A stretch of 64,000 bases of DNA from contig ML996695.1 of assembly GCA_010356995.1 (NCBI GenBank), positions 877,061 to 941,060 of the forward strand. Reading direction: 5' to 3'. The DNA comes from Trichodelitschia bisporula (Eukaryota). How positions within the stretch are numbered: the stretch's first letter is position 1; each line of letters opens with the position of its first letter. Below, piece by piece: positions 11,701-24,246 of this stretch. The notes under the pieces are model-generated. The model saw only the letters and a program-made list of their open reading frames with translations, did no database searches and was not told the origin of the DNA. Both the position numbers and the translations under genes were made by a program.

Positions 11701-14700
11701 GACCATACGGCGGCGATGGAGGCGCAAAAAGTTGAGCTGGAGGGCAAGATTGCGACCTTGCAGGCGGAATTCGATCGCGTCAAGGGCGAACTTGAGGCCC
11801 AGCTTGCGGCGACGAAGTCAGAGCTTCAGACGACCAAGACGACGCTTGAAAGCACCAAGATCGAACTCGACACGACGATGACTGAGCTCGGGACCACCAA
11901 GGGCACTCTGGAGTCGGCGAGCGCCGAGTTGGCCACCACCAAGACCAATCTCGAGACCACGACCGCTACTCTTACGGAGACGACCGCCACTCTCAACACC
12001 ACCAAGGGCGAACTTGAGACCACCAAGGGCACTTTGGAGTCGACGAGCGCTGAGCTGACCACGACCAAGGCGGATCTCGCGACTACTAAGGGTACTCTGG
12101 AGTCGATGAGCGCTGATCTGGCCACCACCAAGGAGACGCTCGAGACCACCAAGAGCGACCTGGACAGTACTACCACTACCCTTGGTGAGACGCAAACCGA
12201 ACTCGAATCCACCAAATTTACGCTCGACACCACTAAGGCCGAGCTCGAGACTGTCAACGGTACCCTCGGCATGACCAAGTCCGAACTCGAGAGCACGCAG
12301 ACCGAGCTTACATCCACTAAGGCCGATCTGGAGTCTGCAAAAGCCACGCTCGCGACAACCCAAGGCGACCTCGATATCATCAAGGCCACGCTGGCAACGA
12401 CAACCTCCGAACTCGAGACGACGAAGACGAAGCTCGCCGACGAAACCGCCTTGCACACCTCGAACCGCGAAGCGTGGGCTACCGAGAAGACCGAGCTGAA
12501 CAAGTCGCACGAGGATGCCATCGCTGCCCTTGAAAGGCTCAAGGAGGAGGAGAAGGAGGCGCTCCGCTCGCAACACGCCCAGGAGAAGACCACCATGACC
12601 GAGGAGTTCGAGACGACTAAGGCGCAGATCATCAAGGACGCCGAAGACGCCAAGGTTGCGCTCCTCCAGTCCCATTCTGAGGAGGTCGAGTCGCTCAAGG
12701 AGAAGCACAAGGCCTCCCTCAACGAACAGACAATGGGCTTCATGCATCTCCAGGAGGCGCTAAACAAGCGCATGACAGAGGATAACGACAAACTCCGTGA
12801 GGAGATGGAGAAGAACAGGAAGGACTGGGAGATGGACAAGGCCAACTTCGAGCAGATCGTCGGCGAGATGAAGAAGGTGGCCGAGAACCTGGATACGGAG
12901 AAGGGGAGGCTGCAGAAGCTGGCGGATTGCTTTCGCGAGGTGACGGATGTGAAGAGCAAGGAGGACAGTTATTAGTAAGTTTGTCTGCATCATGACGGGC
13001 GTTCTCTGCGCGTGGAGTTTCCCTTTGCACTGATCTAGCATTGCTCTTTTTTTCCTTACCCACTCTCTTGCATATTTCCTTGGTCCAAAAGCGGATAATG
13101 AGTTCAGCAGCGTCTTGTCTCGCATTTCAGCGGATTCTCTTGTGTATCTAGTTCTAGTTTATCAATTGCTTCCCATCCCCCGTCCACACTCCACGCGCGC
13201 CGAACCCGGCCCCCAGATCCAAAAGAACTCGTGCTAACACCCTATCTCCCATAGTGAAGAAGCCTTCGCCAGGCTAACCCAGCAAATCCTCGAACTGGGC
13301 GAGAAACACTTCCAACACCTCACCGTCTCACCCCCATGGGAAATCCTCAAAAAAGTCCCCCGCGAACTCCCGGACATGGTCGGTGACACCGTCTCCGCGC
13401 GCAACCTCCGCGCCGCCTGGGTCTCTCACACCGTCTCCTCCCTCCTGACATCCCGCATCTTCACACCCTTCCTCTTCGCCCTCGGCCCGGGGAAGGAAGA
13501 ACTCGACGCCTCCTTCGGCGCCATTTCGTCCAAGTTGCGCGAGAAATCCGTCCGCCGCGAATCCGTCTGGCGCCAGCACACTCTCCTCGCGGCCTACACA
13601 CAAAAGGACGCGAAAGCGACCATCAATCTGGTCGCTGGCTCCGTGGCCGACGAGATTATGACCGAAATCGCGCCCTGGGCCGATAGCACCGAGGACGACG
13701 ACGCGACGCTGCGCGCCGCCGTGCGGCGTATCGTCAAGCTTGCGGCGGAGACGTGGCGGTACGCAAGGCTGGAGCGCGAGTTGATCGTTGCGCGCTTGCC
13801 ACCTGCGGAGGTGATTAGCGAGGAGGACTTCGATGCCGCGTTTTGGCCTGCGCAGCCGTTTAACACGGATCCGTACCCGGTCAGCAATATGGTCAGCATG
13901 TTCGAGTCGACGGCGCCGAGCTCGGAGCAGCGCCGGGTGCTGCTGCGGATACTCCCGGTGATCAGGAGGGAGCCCGTGCACGTCAGTCTGCAGTTCGAGG
14001 CTGCGGATGAGCACGACACCGGCGCGGTATATTCACACGGCCTTGCGCTGTACTCGGATGCTGCTCCTGTGAGAGCACGCGCTGTCGAAATGCGCCGCGC
14101 AAGTATGCATGCTCCTCCTGTGCGCGCGCCGCCTGCGGCTCCGGCTAACGAGGCCTTTGCGGGGGGCAAACAGGATGGGAGGAGGGGAGACAGCGGCGGA
14201 AGTGGTGAAACGAACGGACATGCGAATGGGAATGGTGTGGATGGGCACAGGAGTGTGAGCGATGCGAGTGAGGAGTTGAGGGGGATTGAGGAAGTGGAGG
14301 CGGTGGGGGAGATTGAGGAGTTGGAGGAGGGGGTGCAGGTGAGGGGGGTTGCGGAGAGGAGGCATTCTGTGCCTGTGCGGACGAGGGCAGAGACGCCGCC
14401 TTCGCCGCGGAGTCGGGATGTTGAGGATGAGGTTGTAGTGACGGGGAGGAGTCCGAAGCAGAGGAGGAGGGTGAGTCATGGGGGTGGGAGTCCGGGGGGG
14501 AAGAGCGTGAATGGGCAGCGGAGGGGGAGTAGTCTGGCCAGGAACGGGAGTGGGGGGGGTGGTAGTACGAATAAGGGGGGCGAGAGCAGGAGGTGGTCGC
14601 GCGGCAGTGCGATGGGGAGTCCGAGTCTTGCGCTGGAGCATGATGGGCGCCCGGCGGCGATTAAGGGGCTGTATACGAGTGGGGAGGAGAAGATGAGTTT

Positions 14701-14761
14701 GCTGGGACGGGTTACGAATGGTGTGGTGAAGGGGCGGAGGGTTGTTGCTGGGTTGCTGTGA
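8767..14761 (+). CDS. Uncharacterized ~1900-aa protein: Lys-rich N-terminus, Pro/Glu-rich repeats, long coiled coil with Thr-rich heptads, helical C-terminal domain
   Basis: ATG 8767; 280-nt intron 12975-13254 (GTAAGT...GCTAAC...TAG) joins EDSY|YEEAFARL in frame with ORF 13376..14761. Confidence 0.85.
11810..12434 (+). repeat. Coding 21-nt (heptad) degenerate tandem repeat, ~30 units, consensus TTK(G/A/S)(E/D/T)LE
   Basis: Recurrent ACCACCAAG...CTCGAG-like units; translation [22 protein letters not shown]...ELETTKTKL. Confidence 0.9.
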
Positions 14762-15190
14762 GTGGGAAGTTGGCATTTTGGGGCATTTGTCTGGTGGGTT
14801 CATTGCGTCTGCTTGAGGGTTCCTTGCATCTTCTTCTTCTTCTTGCTACTTTTTGGCTTCTTGTTGTATTTCCTTGTATTTTGTCACTTTTGCTCTTTTT
14901 TTTTCGTCCTGCGTTCAAGCATCATGGGAGGCATGGGTGTAATTATATTTTGGGCACGCCGGAACTCGTAGCCATTCACGGCATGTACCTATCAGGAGTG
15001 AAAACGTCGGGAAAGTGGCATGGGGATCTGGGCGCAAAAAGCTTCCTGTTTCTGTTTTTCAGCATATACATAGCGCAGCATTTTGGGACAGCCTGTGCAT
15101 AGCACGCCCGGGGAAATAGCATACGCATTCATCTCTCATGAACCCTCACAGTACCCAAAGCATCGCAACCGCCCAAACCAGCACCGTCTG

Positions 15191-16187
15191 TCACAGATCC
15201 TCCACAACCTGGAGTGCCAGCGCTGGTACCGCATCCACCTCCTCAGACCCTAGCGCCCCCGCTGGCACCGCATCGTATCCACCCACCTCCTTGGGCAGAT
15301 ACCTAATCCCACTATGCGGACACCGTCCGGCGCCGGGATTCGGCCCCGCGCCCGAGAAATCCGGATCAATAGCCACAAATTCGCCTGCCTGCATGCTGCC
15401 CTTGGTGTGGAAATGGAACCAGACTTCGCGCAGCTCGCCGCCCTGGCATCCGACCACCGGCTTTACACCACGGGGCGAAGTCAAAGCGGCTAAGATCTCG
15501 TTGAGCGTGTATGTTTTAGTGGTAGAGGGGACGATGTTGGCCTGTGCGAGCCACTGGTTGGGGTTAGCTATTGCGGATGAGGGATGGGGAGGTGGGCGGT
15601 ACCTCGTAGGTGGACACGTTCTTGAACAGCTGCACCGCCTTGTCGAAGTAATCCACAACCTCGCGCGCCGGCTCGTAGTTGGCGTAGCACTTCGGCTCCA
15701 GCGTGCTCACGCACGTGCCATGCTTACTCCACTCATGCTGCCACAGATTCTCATCCCCATTAATCCCCCTCCAATACGTCCTCATATATTCCAACAACTC
15801 TTGTTTTCCAAACCTCTCCAGCACGCGGGTCACACTGCTATAATCCCGATTACACGTCTCGCGCCCGCATTTCCGGTTCCGGCTGCTGCAGTCCCCGCTC
15901 CGCGCGCAGTCACACACGCTGTCGAACGTCCCGTCGCAGTGGTCCGGCCACATGCCGTGGATGGTCCAGCTTGTGGCCGGGCCGATGTAGCCTGGGTTGC
16001 GGGGCCCTTGGCGGGGATCGCTGTTCCAGAATTGGGTGAGGGCGAATTGGCCGCCGGGCGTGTTGGTGCAGCAGGTGTTTACGTAGCCGGGGGCGGGGCA
16101 GGAGAGTCCCGGTTGGGGGCAGGTTTGGGAGGGGACGAAGGCGTGCGTGCCTGGGAGGGCGGCGAGGAGGGGGAGGAGGGACCGCAT
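15191..16187 (-). CDS. Secreted ribonuclease T2
   Basis: Signal peptide, TCC..PGG, CAS I WTIHGMWP, CAS II WQHEWSKHGTC; intron 15554-15602. Confidence 0.95.
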
Positions 16188-17317
16188 GGTGGTGGTGGTG
16201 GTGGTGCGGTGGTGGTTGGGATGGGTTGGGGGTGAGGTTGGATGGGTTGAAGGCACGCGGGGAAGCGTGAACTGAGGACAAAGATCAGCTTCGTCTTTCA
16301 CGCTGGGGAGGCTGCAAACATATATGTACCCCACGGATCGGAACCACAGCCACGCAGTCAACCTCGCCGGCGGTCGCTCAGCCCACAGGTCCCAGCGCCT
16401 CAATCAACAGGCTGGCTGATGGGGGTCAGTTGATCCCGATGGTCCAGTCAGCGCACGCGGCCTCGGCACGCGTCTCGCTCTTTACAAAAGACGGTACCGT
16501 ACTCGGTCTCGGAGCTGCTCAGTTTCTCGGTAACGTTCTTTGGGCTTGTCGGCGATGTTCAGCTTGGGGGCAGAAGGTGAAGCGATATTGTTGAGCGATG
16601 CACGGCGGTCTTGTTCGTGGAGGTGGCGATAGATGCGGTTCTGGGGCTGGCTAGTCGAGGCGCGTAGGGATCAAGGAGCGGCTGGGGTCTGGGCGTGGCG
16701 GCAAGTTCCGCGGCGGCGGGAATTGGCGAGGCTGAGGTTGTGATGTGCTTTTGGCGTCTAGAAATGCAGCTTAGGAGTTGTGCGGTGCGAAATGCTGAGG
16801 ATGCGTAGGAATGCGTCGTTAGGTGCAGCTGTGACTTGGTGGAGGTTGGTCAAGTTGGTGGAGAGTAAAGGGGTGAGGAGGTCAAAAGCATGGAGCTACC
16901 CAAAGACTTTCATAGCGCTGCGGTAAATAGTACTTGCCTAGTCACTTTGACGGGTGAGCGAAGAGGTGCTTCTATCTTTACTGCAGGCTTGCAAGAGGAA
17001 AGTGGAGCATGATGATGTCAAAGGCTTGATTGCTCCATTACCCTACACATAAGACCAGTGCACGAATGCGAGTTGAAGATGCTATGGTCCAGATGGTGCT
17101 GAATAAAGCGACTCGAATTTGACTGACGAGTATCTAAACCATAAAGCAACAAATAACTGAGCGCCATGTCCCGGGTATCATACGCTTCCCGACGCCATAC
17201 ACAATCGCTCTGCCCTATCGATCACGGCCTTCAGCTCAGTTCAGTAGAAGCAACCCATGAAAAGCATCTAACTCAATCTTCAAAGCGCAACACGATAAGT
17301 TCTAAATTTCGAGACTC

Positions 17318-19144
17318 TTACTCAGCCGGCCCCATCAAGTACACCAGCTCAGGGACATTTGGATCCACGGACCACAAGCTCATCCACCGGCTGGTAATCC
17401 GACGGATCTTGTTCTCGCTAAGTACAAACAGCGCGAGCCAGATGTGGCGTGCAATATGCCCGTAGCAGTACACGTGCGCAAGGCCTAGGCCTCTCTGCTC
17501 CGCATTTTCTTTATGGTCCCGGGTCGTCCAAGTCGCGATCCCCGCCTTGCCCTGTGTGACAAACCGCTGGAGACTCTCCCAGAACTTTGCCTGGAGCTCA
17601 AGGGGCCAGGAAGAAGTGTCGAAGACCCAGTAGCCGCGCTCGCGTATAGCTGGTAATTTGACCTGATGGCGGAGACAGCGCTCGAACTGACGCATATTGA
17701 TGGTGTCCTCAATTGTTTGCAGCGCCTTCGTCATATACGACGGCGGGCGGTCGGCCGAGAAAATGTTGGCGGGTGGGTCGGGAGCAATGACGTATTTCGG
17801 GAGCGCGTGGATGCGGGAAATAACTAGTGCATCTGGGTCCGACCCATCGGCTGTAGTCTCGGCACTCGATTCGGGGATGTCTGCCTCTTGAGATCCCTCA
17901 ACCTGAGCTCCCTCCGCCTGAGCTCCCTCCACCAGAGACGGGAGCGCGTCGATGCTGGAAATGGCACGTGCGTGTTCGATCGGTTCATCGGGTGTGGTCT
18001 CTGCACTCGACTTCCATATATCTGTCTGCTGTGATCCCCCCACCTCAGACGGTGTGCCAGTAATTATCCGTAAAGGGTCGGACGTAAGCTGATGCAGCCT
18101 GTGAAGAGAGTCCTGCAAGATGAACAGATTCTCATGCAGTGTTTGCGCAGATGGAGCGCCCGGATCGTTGTTAGGGATGGGTCCCGCCGGTCCATGGCTT
18201 TCATTGAAGCTGAGGCGGAAGGTCTGGTCGGTCAACTCGTCAGGGCCATCCGTCGGGCTCGCTTCCGTGCTGCCACTTTGGGCACCCTGGCCCAGAGAAT
18301 TGTTGGATTGACCGATGCCAACCATGTGCGAGAAGTTCCACTGCATTGTTGGCGATTGGCTCCACGAAAACGTCTCAGGAAGCTGGGTTCCGGTCTCTGC
18401 GGCGGAAAAGGTGCGCAAGTGCGGTGGGGAGGGCCCCAAAGGGCTGTCAAGGCGGGTCCGCTTCGGGGGTGCTTCGAGGTCGGTGATGGCTCGCGCCCGT
18501 TTGCCCTCAGCATTAAGGAGAGACGCCTCCTGGCTGCCGGACGGTTGAACTGGCTGACTAGAGGGCACCATGCTAACAGACGAGGTGGCGCTGACAGAGA
18601 AAGGATAAGGGGTTGGAGCGCGGCGCTTGGTGAAACTGGGATGGCGAGCTTGCCAGGACTTCTCCAAGGTATCGAGCCTTTGGAAGAAGGACGTCCTTTC
18701 GAGCGAAGAATCCGTTTCGAAGCTGGTTGTCGGCTCGGAGACCGACGGTGTGTTTATGGAATTGAGATTACGAGCTTGCCAGTCCTTCTCTAAACAATCG
18801 ATCGTCTGGAAGAAAGACTCGGTTTCAAGCGAGGGGTCCGTTTCGAAACTGATGCCTGGCTCGGCTCGGGCGAGTGCGGCCATGTTTGGGGATTGCGGCT
18901 TTGTCATTCCAAACGAGTTTGCAGTGCCGGCCTCTGACCGCACGGCTTCTTGCAAATGCGCATCCGAGACAGAAGCTCTTTGCTTGGAGTGGACTGCAGT
19001 TTGTGAACGCGATATATCCGATCCCTGCTGTAAAACGGGCAGCCGATTGCTCGGTTCAAAGTCCATATACGCTTGAGCTTCGGCACGGTGGGCGTCGTCA
19101 CGCCGCTTCGACGTGGGAGCAGAGATGTGGGCAAGGACTCTCAT
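17318..19144 (-). CDS. Uncharacterized protein (608 aa) with globular-looking N- and C-termini
   Basis: Intronless ORF; N-terminal VLAHISAP...D..HRA.A.AY.DFEP, low-complexity middle, Trp-rich C-terminal domain (RERGYW...FW..L...V..GKAG...VYCYG...HIWL.LF). Confidence 0.8.
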   Translation of the reverse strand: MRVLAHISAPTSKRRDDAHRAEAQAYMDFEPSNRLPVLQQGSDISRSQTAVHSKQRASVSDAHLQEAVRSEAGTANSFGMTKPQSPNMAALARAEPGISFETDPSLETESFFQTIDCLEKDWQARNLNSINTPSVSEPTTSFETDSSLERTSFFQRLDTLEKSWQARHPSFTKRRAPTPYPFSVSATSSVSMVPSSQPVQPSGSQEASLLNAEGKRARAITDLEAPPKRTRLDSPLGPSPPHLRTFSAAETGTQLPETFSWSQSPTMQWNFSHMVGIGQSNNSLGQGAQSGSTEASPTDGPDELTDQTFRLSFNESHGPAGPIPNNDPGAPSAQTLHENLFILQDSLHRLHQLTSDPLRIITGTPSEVGGSQQTDIWKSSAETTPDEPIEHARAISSIDALPSLVEGAQAEGAQVEGSQEADIPESSAETTADGSDPDALVISRIHALPKYVIAPDPPANIFSADRPPSYMTKALQTIEDTINMRQFERCLRHQVKLPAIRERGYWVFDTSSWPLELQAKFWESLQRFVTQGKAGIATWTTRDHKENAEQRGLGLAHVYCYGHIARHIWLALFVLSENKIRRITSRWMSLWSVDPNVPELVYLMGPAE

Positions 19145-19667
19145 CGTGGGGAAAGTGAAGCATAGTAAAACCGCTGGTGACTGTGTTTATATATGCGGCC
19201 ATTGTCAGGGCGACGTTGCCAAGCTTGCACTGCTGTGTTGAGCGAGCGTTGCTATCGTTTCAATAGACCCGGATCACATCTATCGAATGCCGACGGTAGG
19301 ATGCCATGCTTCGCAGAAGGGAGGGCCTTGGGACATGAGCGAAGGAGCTTCCGTATGGTCTCTATACGGTACCGCTGGTGACAGACAGAAGTGAATGAAA
19401 GTATATCGTGGGATTGGGGATGGAAGTGAGGGGTGCACGGGGTGTTTGCCGTGTCGTGTCGTGTGGGGGTTCACGTGAATGCCACGCTCTCATGTGACCA
19501 CTCGAAGCCACTGAATGCCTTATTGCCTGACCGTCAACGTTTTATGCCTGATGCCAAGATTTCCGCCTCGCCCCACAGCGGGACTCTGGACGAATTTGAT
19601 GTTCAACTGTCGCCAACCTCATCCCCCCACCAAACCCGATATCCCCACACATTCAACAACCACAATT

Positions 19668-21484
19668 ATGGCGCCGGTATCATTGCTGGACCTTGTGAGC
19701 ACGCTGCCCGCCACCGACGGCTGGGGTCCCCCTCCCTCCACTGAGACCACACTCGATGGCGTTCCCTATGCTCCCTACAGCAAAGCGGACAAGCTTGGCC
19801 GCATGGCCGACTGGACTGAGGGGAAGGATCGTGAGCGGGGCGGACGGCAACAATACGGAAACCGCAATTACAGAGGTGCGCATATGTTTCTTTCCTGTGC
19901 GACCAAGCATTAATGAGTTTCAGATCAACAAATCTATGGCGCGGGCCAGACGAACAATCCGTTTGCCATCCAAGTCGCAGAGGAGGAAGCTACGTTCTCG
20001 GTTGTCGACAACACCCGCACTTCGGCACGCGGACGGGGCTTCGGTCGTGGTGGAGGCACCGTGTTCCGCGGCCGTGGGCAGCGGGGCGCCGCTACCCAGC
20101 GTGGCGGGCGGGGTACCTTCCAGCGCGTTGGCGGTGGTCGTGGTGGCCAGGGCGGCTATGATTCTCGGGGCGGCCGTGGCGGTCGCGGTGGACGGCGGTT
20201 CGGCTACCGGGATGACAAGCCTCAGCGGAATCGTGATGCCTCTATCCAGGTTAAACCTGACTGGACGCTGCTCGAGGAGATTGACTTTGCTCGGTTAACC
20301 AAGCTGAGCCTTGATACTCCGGATGGCGATGACATCGACAGCTACGGCTTTCTTTACTTCTATGACCGCTCGTACGACAAGCAGCCTGGCACCAAGACGT
20401 CCGAGCGGAAACTCCAGGTGCTCGAGCGCGCGGCGTACAATGTCACGACATCGAGCGATCCTATCATCCAGGAGCTGGCTGAGAAGGAGGAGGGCACCAT
20501 CTTCGCTACTGACAGCATTCTGTCAATGCTCATGTGCGCTCCCCGCAGTGTGTACTCGTGGGATCTCGTCATCACGCGGCAAGGCGACAAGGTCTTCATC
20601 GACAAGCGTGAAGGCTCGACGCTGGACATGGTCACGGTCAACGAGAACGCTGCAGATGCTCCGCTTGAGCTGTCCGAGGGCAACAAGGACACGATCAACA
20701 GCCCGGGCGCCCTGATGATGGAGGCGACGCACATCAACAACGTCTTCCCGATCCAGGTTGTCGTCGAGTCGGAGACAGCCAAGCGCGAGATGCCTAACGA
20801 GCATCCCTTCTACAACCCTGCCGAGGAGACGGACCCTGCCGCATCCAAGGCCTACAAGTACCGCCGTTTCGACCTGTCGCTTGCGCAGGATGAGGAGCCC
20901 ATGCACCTGATCGTGCGCACGGAGCTCGACGCCGTGCTTAAGAACAATATCAGCGGCGAGGATCAGTTCCTTACCATCAAGGCGCTGAATGAGTTTGACA
21001 GCAAGGCGCCTGGCAGCGGTGGTGCGCTTGACTGGCGGTCGAAGCTGGCGTCGCAGCGTGGTGCTGTCGTGGCTACCGAGATGAAGAACAACAGCTGCAA
21101 GTTGGCGCGCTGGACGGTGCAGAGCATTCTGGCCAAGGCGGACATGATGAAGCTTGGGTATGTATTCTTGTCCTCCACATGGATCTCAACTAACGAGCTA
21201 GCTTCGTTTCCCGCATCAACCCGCGCAACCCCAACGACCACATGATCCTCGGCGTGCTGGGCTACAAGCCGCGCGACTTCGCGGCGCAGATGAATCTCAA
21301 CCTGGCTAATGGATGGGGTATTGTTCGCACTATCGTCGACATGGTGCTCAAGATGGGCGACGGCAAGTATGTGCTCGTCAAGGACCCGAACAAGAACGTA
21401 CTGCGCTTGTACTCGGTTCCGGTTGATACCTTCGAGGAGGAAGAGGCTGCGCCGATCAAGGGTGACGATGCGGTCGAGGAGTAG
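19668..21484 (+). CDS. eIF3d: Translation initiation factor eIF3 subunit D
   Basis: [24 protein letters not shown] region, [26 protein letters not shown]; introns 19876-19923 and 21158-21201. Confidence 0.97.
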
Positions 21485-21815
21485 GGTACTCGGGGTTGGG
21501 ATGCGTGATTAGCCGTAGGGATTCTGGGCGGAATCGGCAGGGTGCGGACGGTTGCATCGGGGTAGGTCCATAGACACGAATTATGTGCTGTCATCTGCTT
21601 GCGCGTCTCAGGTGCTGGTATCTAATGTGAAATCTGCTCATCTGTAAATTCCGTGACAAGGATCCAGCCTTGCCGGCCTGGCATCCCGTCTTACCTCCGC
21701 CTCCACTCGCCGGAGCCGGGTCAACGAATTCCCAGCTCGCGCATTTCTCAGCAACGGGTCATTGTTCGTCGACGCTTTTCGTCCGCAACTCATACCTCAA
21801 TTGCACAAGCACATC

Positions 21816-22201
21816 ATGAGCGCTGTCAAGACATGTACGTCCCCTCCTGTCCACTCCGAATTCCTAATTCTGCTCCTCCTCCTGCCCCCGCTCCCACGCA
21901 ATGCCACCCGCTAACCCGTCCGCCGTAGCAATCGCCACCACCGCGGCCGCGGCCGCAGCTCCCGCAACCATGAGCGGCGAAGCCTGCCCCGCGAAGCCGA
22001 AGGTACACACTACCACAATTGTCCCTTGCCTCGAAGGAAAGCGCTAACATCCCGCAGCCCTGCTGCGTATGCATAGACGAAAAAGCCGCGCGCGACGAAT
22101 GCATGCTCTTCAGCCGCAGTGACGACGCGGCAGGCGAGTGCAAGGACCTCGTATCGCGGTACCGGAGTTGCATGGCCGGATTCGGGTTCCAGGTCAACTA
22201 A
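21816..22201 (+). CDS. COX17: Cytochrome c oxidase copper chaperone Cox17
   Basis: Two introns; spliced KPKPCCVCIDEKAARDEC...C...YRSCMAGFGF (CCxC plus twin CX9C). Confidence 0.93.
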
Positions 22202-22424
22202 AGCCACCTCCAGAATGGCGGCGGAAAACGGAACATATACCTGGCGTTTAGTGTGGGCTCGAGAAAGAGTTATGAATGGAATGGCGGAAAGCGTGTACAA
22301 TATGCATAGATGCGCCGCGTAGACAGGGTTGAACAGCAATATCTCACTCCTCTCATGTTCATGCATTTTATTCTATCCACGTACAGACCGGGTATCATGC
22401 AACCAACTCCCAAAGCCAACAGAT

Positions 22425-24246
22425 CTACTCTTCCTTCCGCTTCTCCTCCACCCCTGCAACATACCCCCCTTGCACAAGCAACCGCCCCAAACACCACAAA
22501 TAACACAGCCCGAACCCCCCAGCGCCAACAAGCACATTCACTACAACCCACAAGTCCGGCTTCCCCTCCGGCGGCGGCACCAGCGCCTCAAGCACATGCC
22601 ACGCTACCATAACGGAATAAACATCCAGATGCACCACCTTCGTCAGCAACCCGATGTGCCCGCGCTCGGACTTACGATACGCGCTCAGCGAAAACGGCGG
22701 CAAGCCGAGGAGCCACGCCCACAGCGGGAGCAGCACGGCATACGGCACCGCCAACCCATCCCTCCGCAGCAGCGGGAAAAGCGTCCACGCGCCAAGCACA
22801 TTCGCAAAGCCGACCCATGTGCGCACGGGGGCGGCGAGCCCGCCCTTGCCGCCGAGCAGCATGGTCATGGGGAGGAGAGGGAGGAGGATGTTTTTCTCGT
22901 GCACCTGGTAGGCGCAGAGGAAGAAGCCCCATGCCGTTGTTGCTGTGGCGAGGGGGAGGAGGTCCTTGCGCGGTCGGTGGAGGAGGATTAGTAGGGGCGG
23001 GAGGATGGCAGTAGTTGTGGCGGCGAGGGCGGCGCGTTGGACTAGGACTTGTGGGTAGATGTGTAGCTTGTGGAAGGTGTGGAGGGCGCACCAAACGTTT
23101 GCAACTTTGTCTTCGAAGAGGCCGCGCGCGAAGGGGAAGATGCGGTGGATGGATTGCGTGAGCTGGAAGATGGGGGCGAAGTACCAAGCCTTGGGATTCA
23201 GGGGAGGTAGGACGGAGAGGAGAGGCGGGTTGGTGGCTCCTTTGATGGTTATGCCCCGGCGAGCGTCGTAGATAGCGCCGAGGAGAAGCGGGGCGAAAAG
23301 CAGGCCGAAGGAGAGGACGGTCACGAGGGCGATGCTGATGAAGCGTGAGAGGTTGATCTTGGGGCTGATGCAGCTCCCAAGAAGGTAGGCGAAGATGGCC
23401 GGCGCGTAGAAGAGGGCCATTTGCTTGAAGCCGAGGGCTGCGACAAAGAAGACGCACGCCCAGCGCAGGCGGCCGGCTATCATGCTTGATAAACTTGCCA
23501 GGCTGAAACCCAGCATCACTGTGTTATATTGAAAGTGGCCGTGGTCGATCAGAAGGGTGCTGGGCTGCATGAGGATAGCCACTAGCGCGATGGAGCTCTC
23601 CCACGAGCTGACGCTTTCGAGACGAGATATCCGGCGGAGGAACACCACGACGGCGGGGATGTATATGAAGTACTCGGAGAGGAGAACAGTGCCGCGCATG
23701 TAGACTTTCAAAAGGGAGTCGTCGAGACCACGGGAGGCGTCGAGCGCAAACCATGACGGTTCAATGAGCGAGCCACTGACGGGTCAGCAAGGCTACATTG
23801 CAGCAAGCTACACTTACACTTTGCCGAGCAGCCAACTATGGTAGGCTGTGAGGGGCGGATAGTCCAGTCCCCACCATTGTAGATCATAAAAGTACCATTG
23901 ACTGATGGGCAGGTGGATTGTAAGCTCCATCCAATGTCGCTGTGCCTCAAAGTCACCGTGCATCGGGGGAGCTTGGTATCCTAGACAACATGTTACTAAA
24001 GGAGATGGGACAAAACAAGCAGTACCAACCGGAGTATGTCCACAGTCCCGTAGCCCAGCGGAAGAGGGCGACTGTGAGAAGTACAGAAGGGAGCACGAAC
24101 CACAGCGAGAGTCCCTTTGCAGGCCAGAGGAAAGCGGCGAGAGGGAAAGCCGGTTTCCGCTGGCCATTGGCTTCTACGACGCTACCATTGTAGGTGATGC
24201 CGCGACGCTTCCGAGGTTTGTGAGACGTCCTGGCGGAGGAGGACAT
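22425..24246 (-). CDS. ALG6: Dol-P-Glc:Man9GlcNAc2-PP-Dol alpha-1,3-glucosyltransferase
   Basis: [58 protein letters not shown]; introns 23981-24029 and 23776-23817. Confidence 0.96.

Noticed and set aside
8811..12959. Long antisense ORFs (229-377 aa) over the repeat-rich gene, and similar shadow ORFs over other genes
   Set aside because: Expected by-product of GC-rich, biased codon usage on the sense strand.
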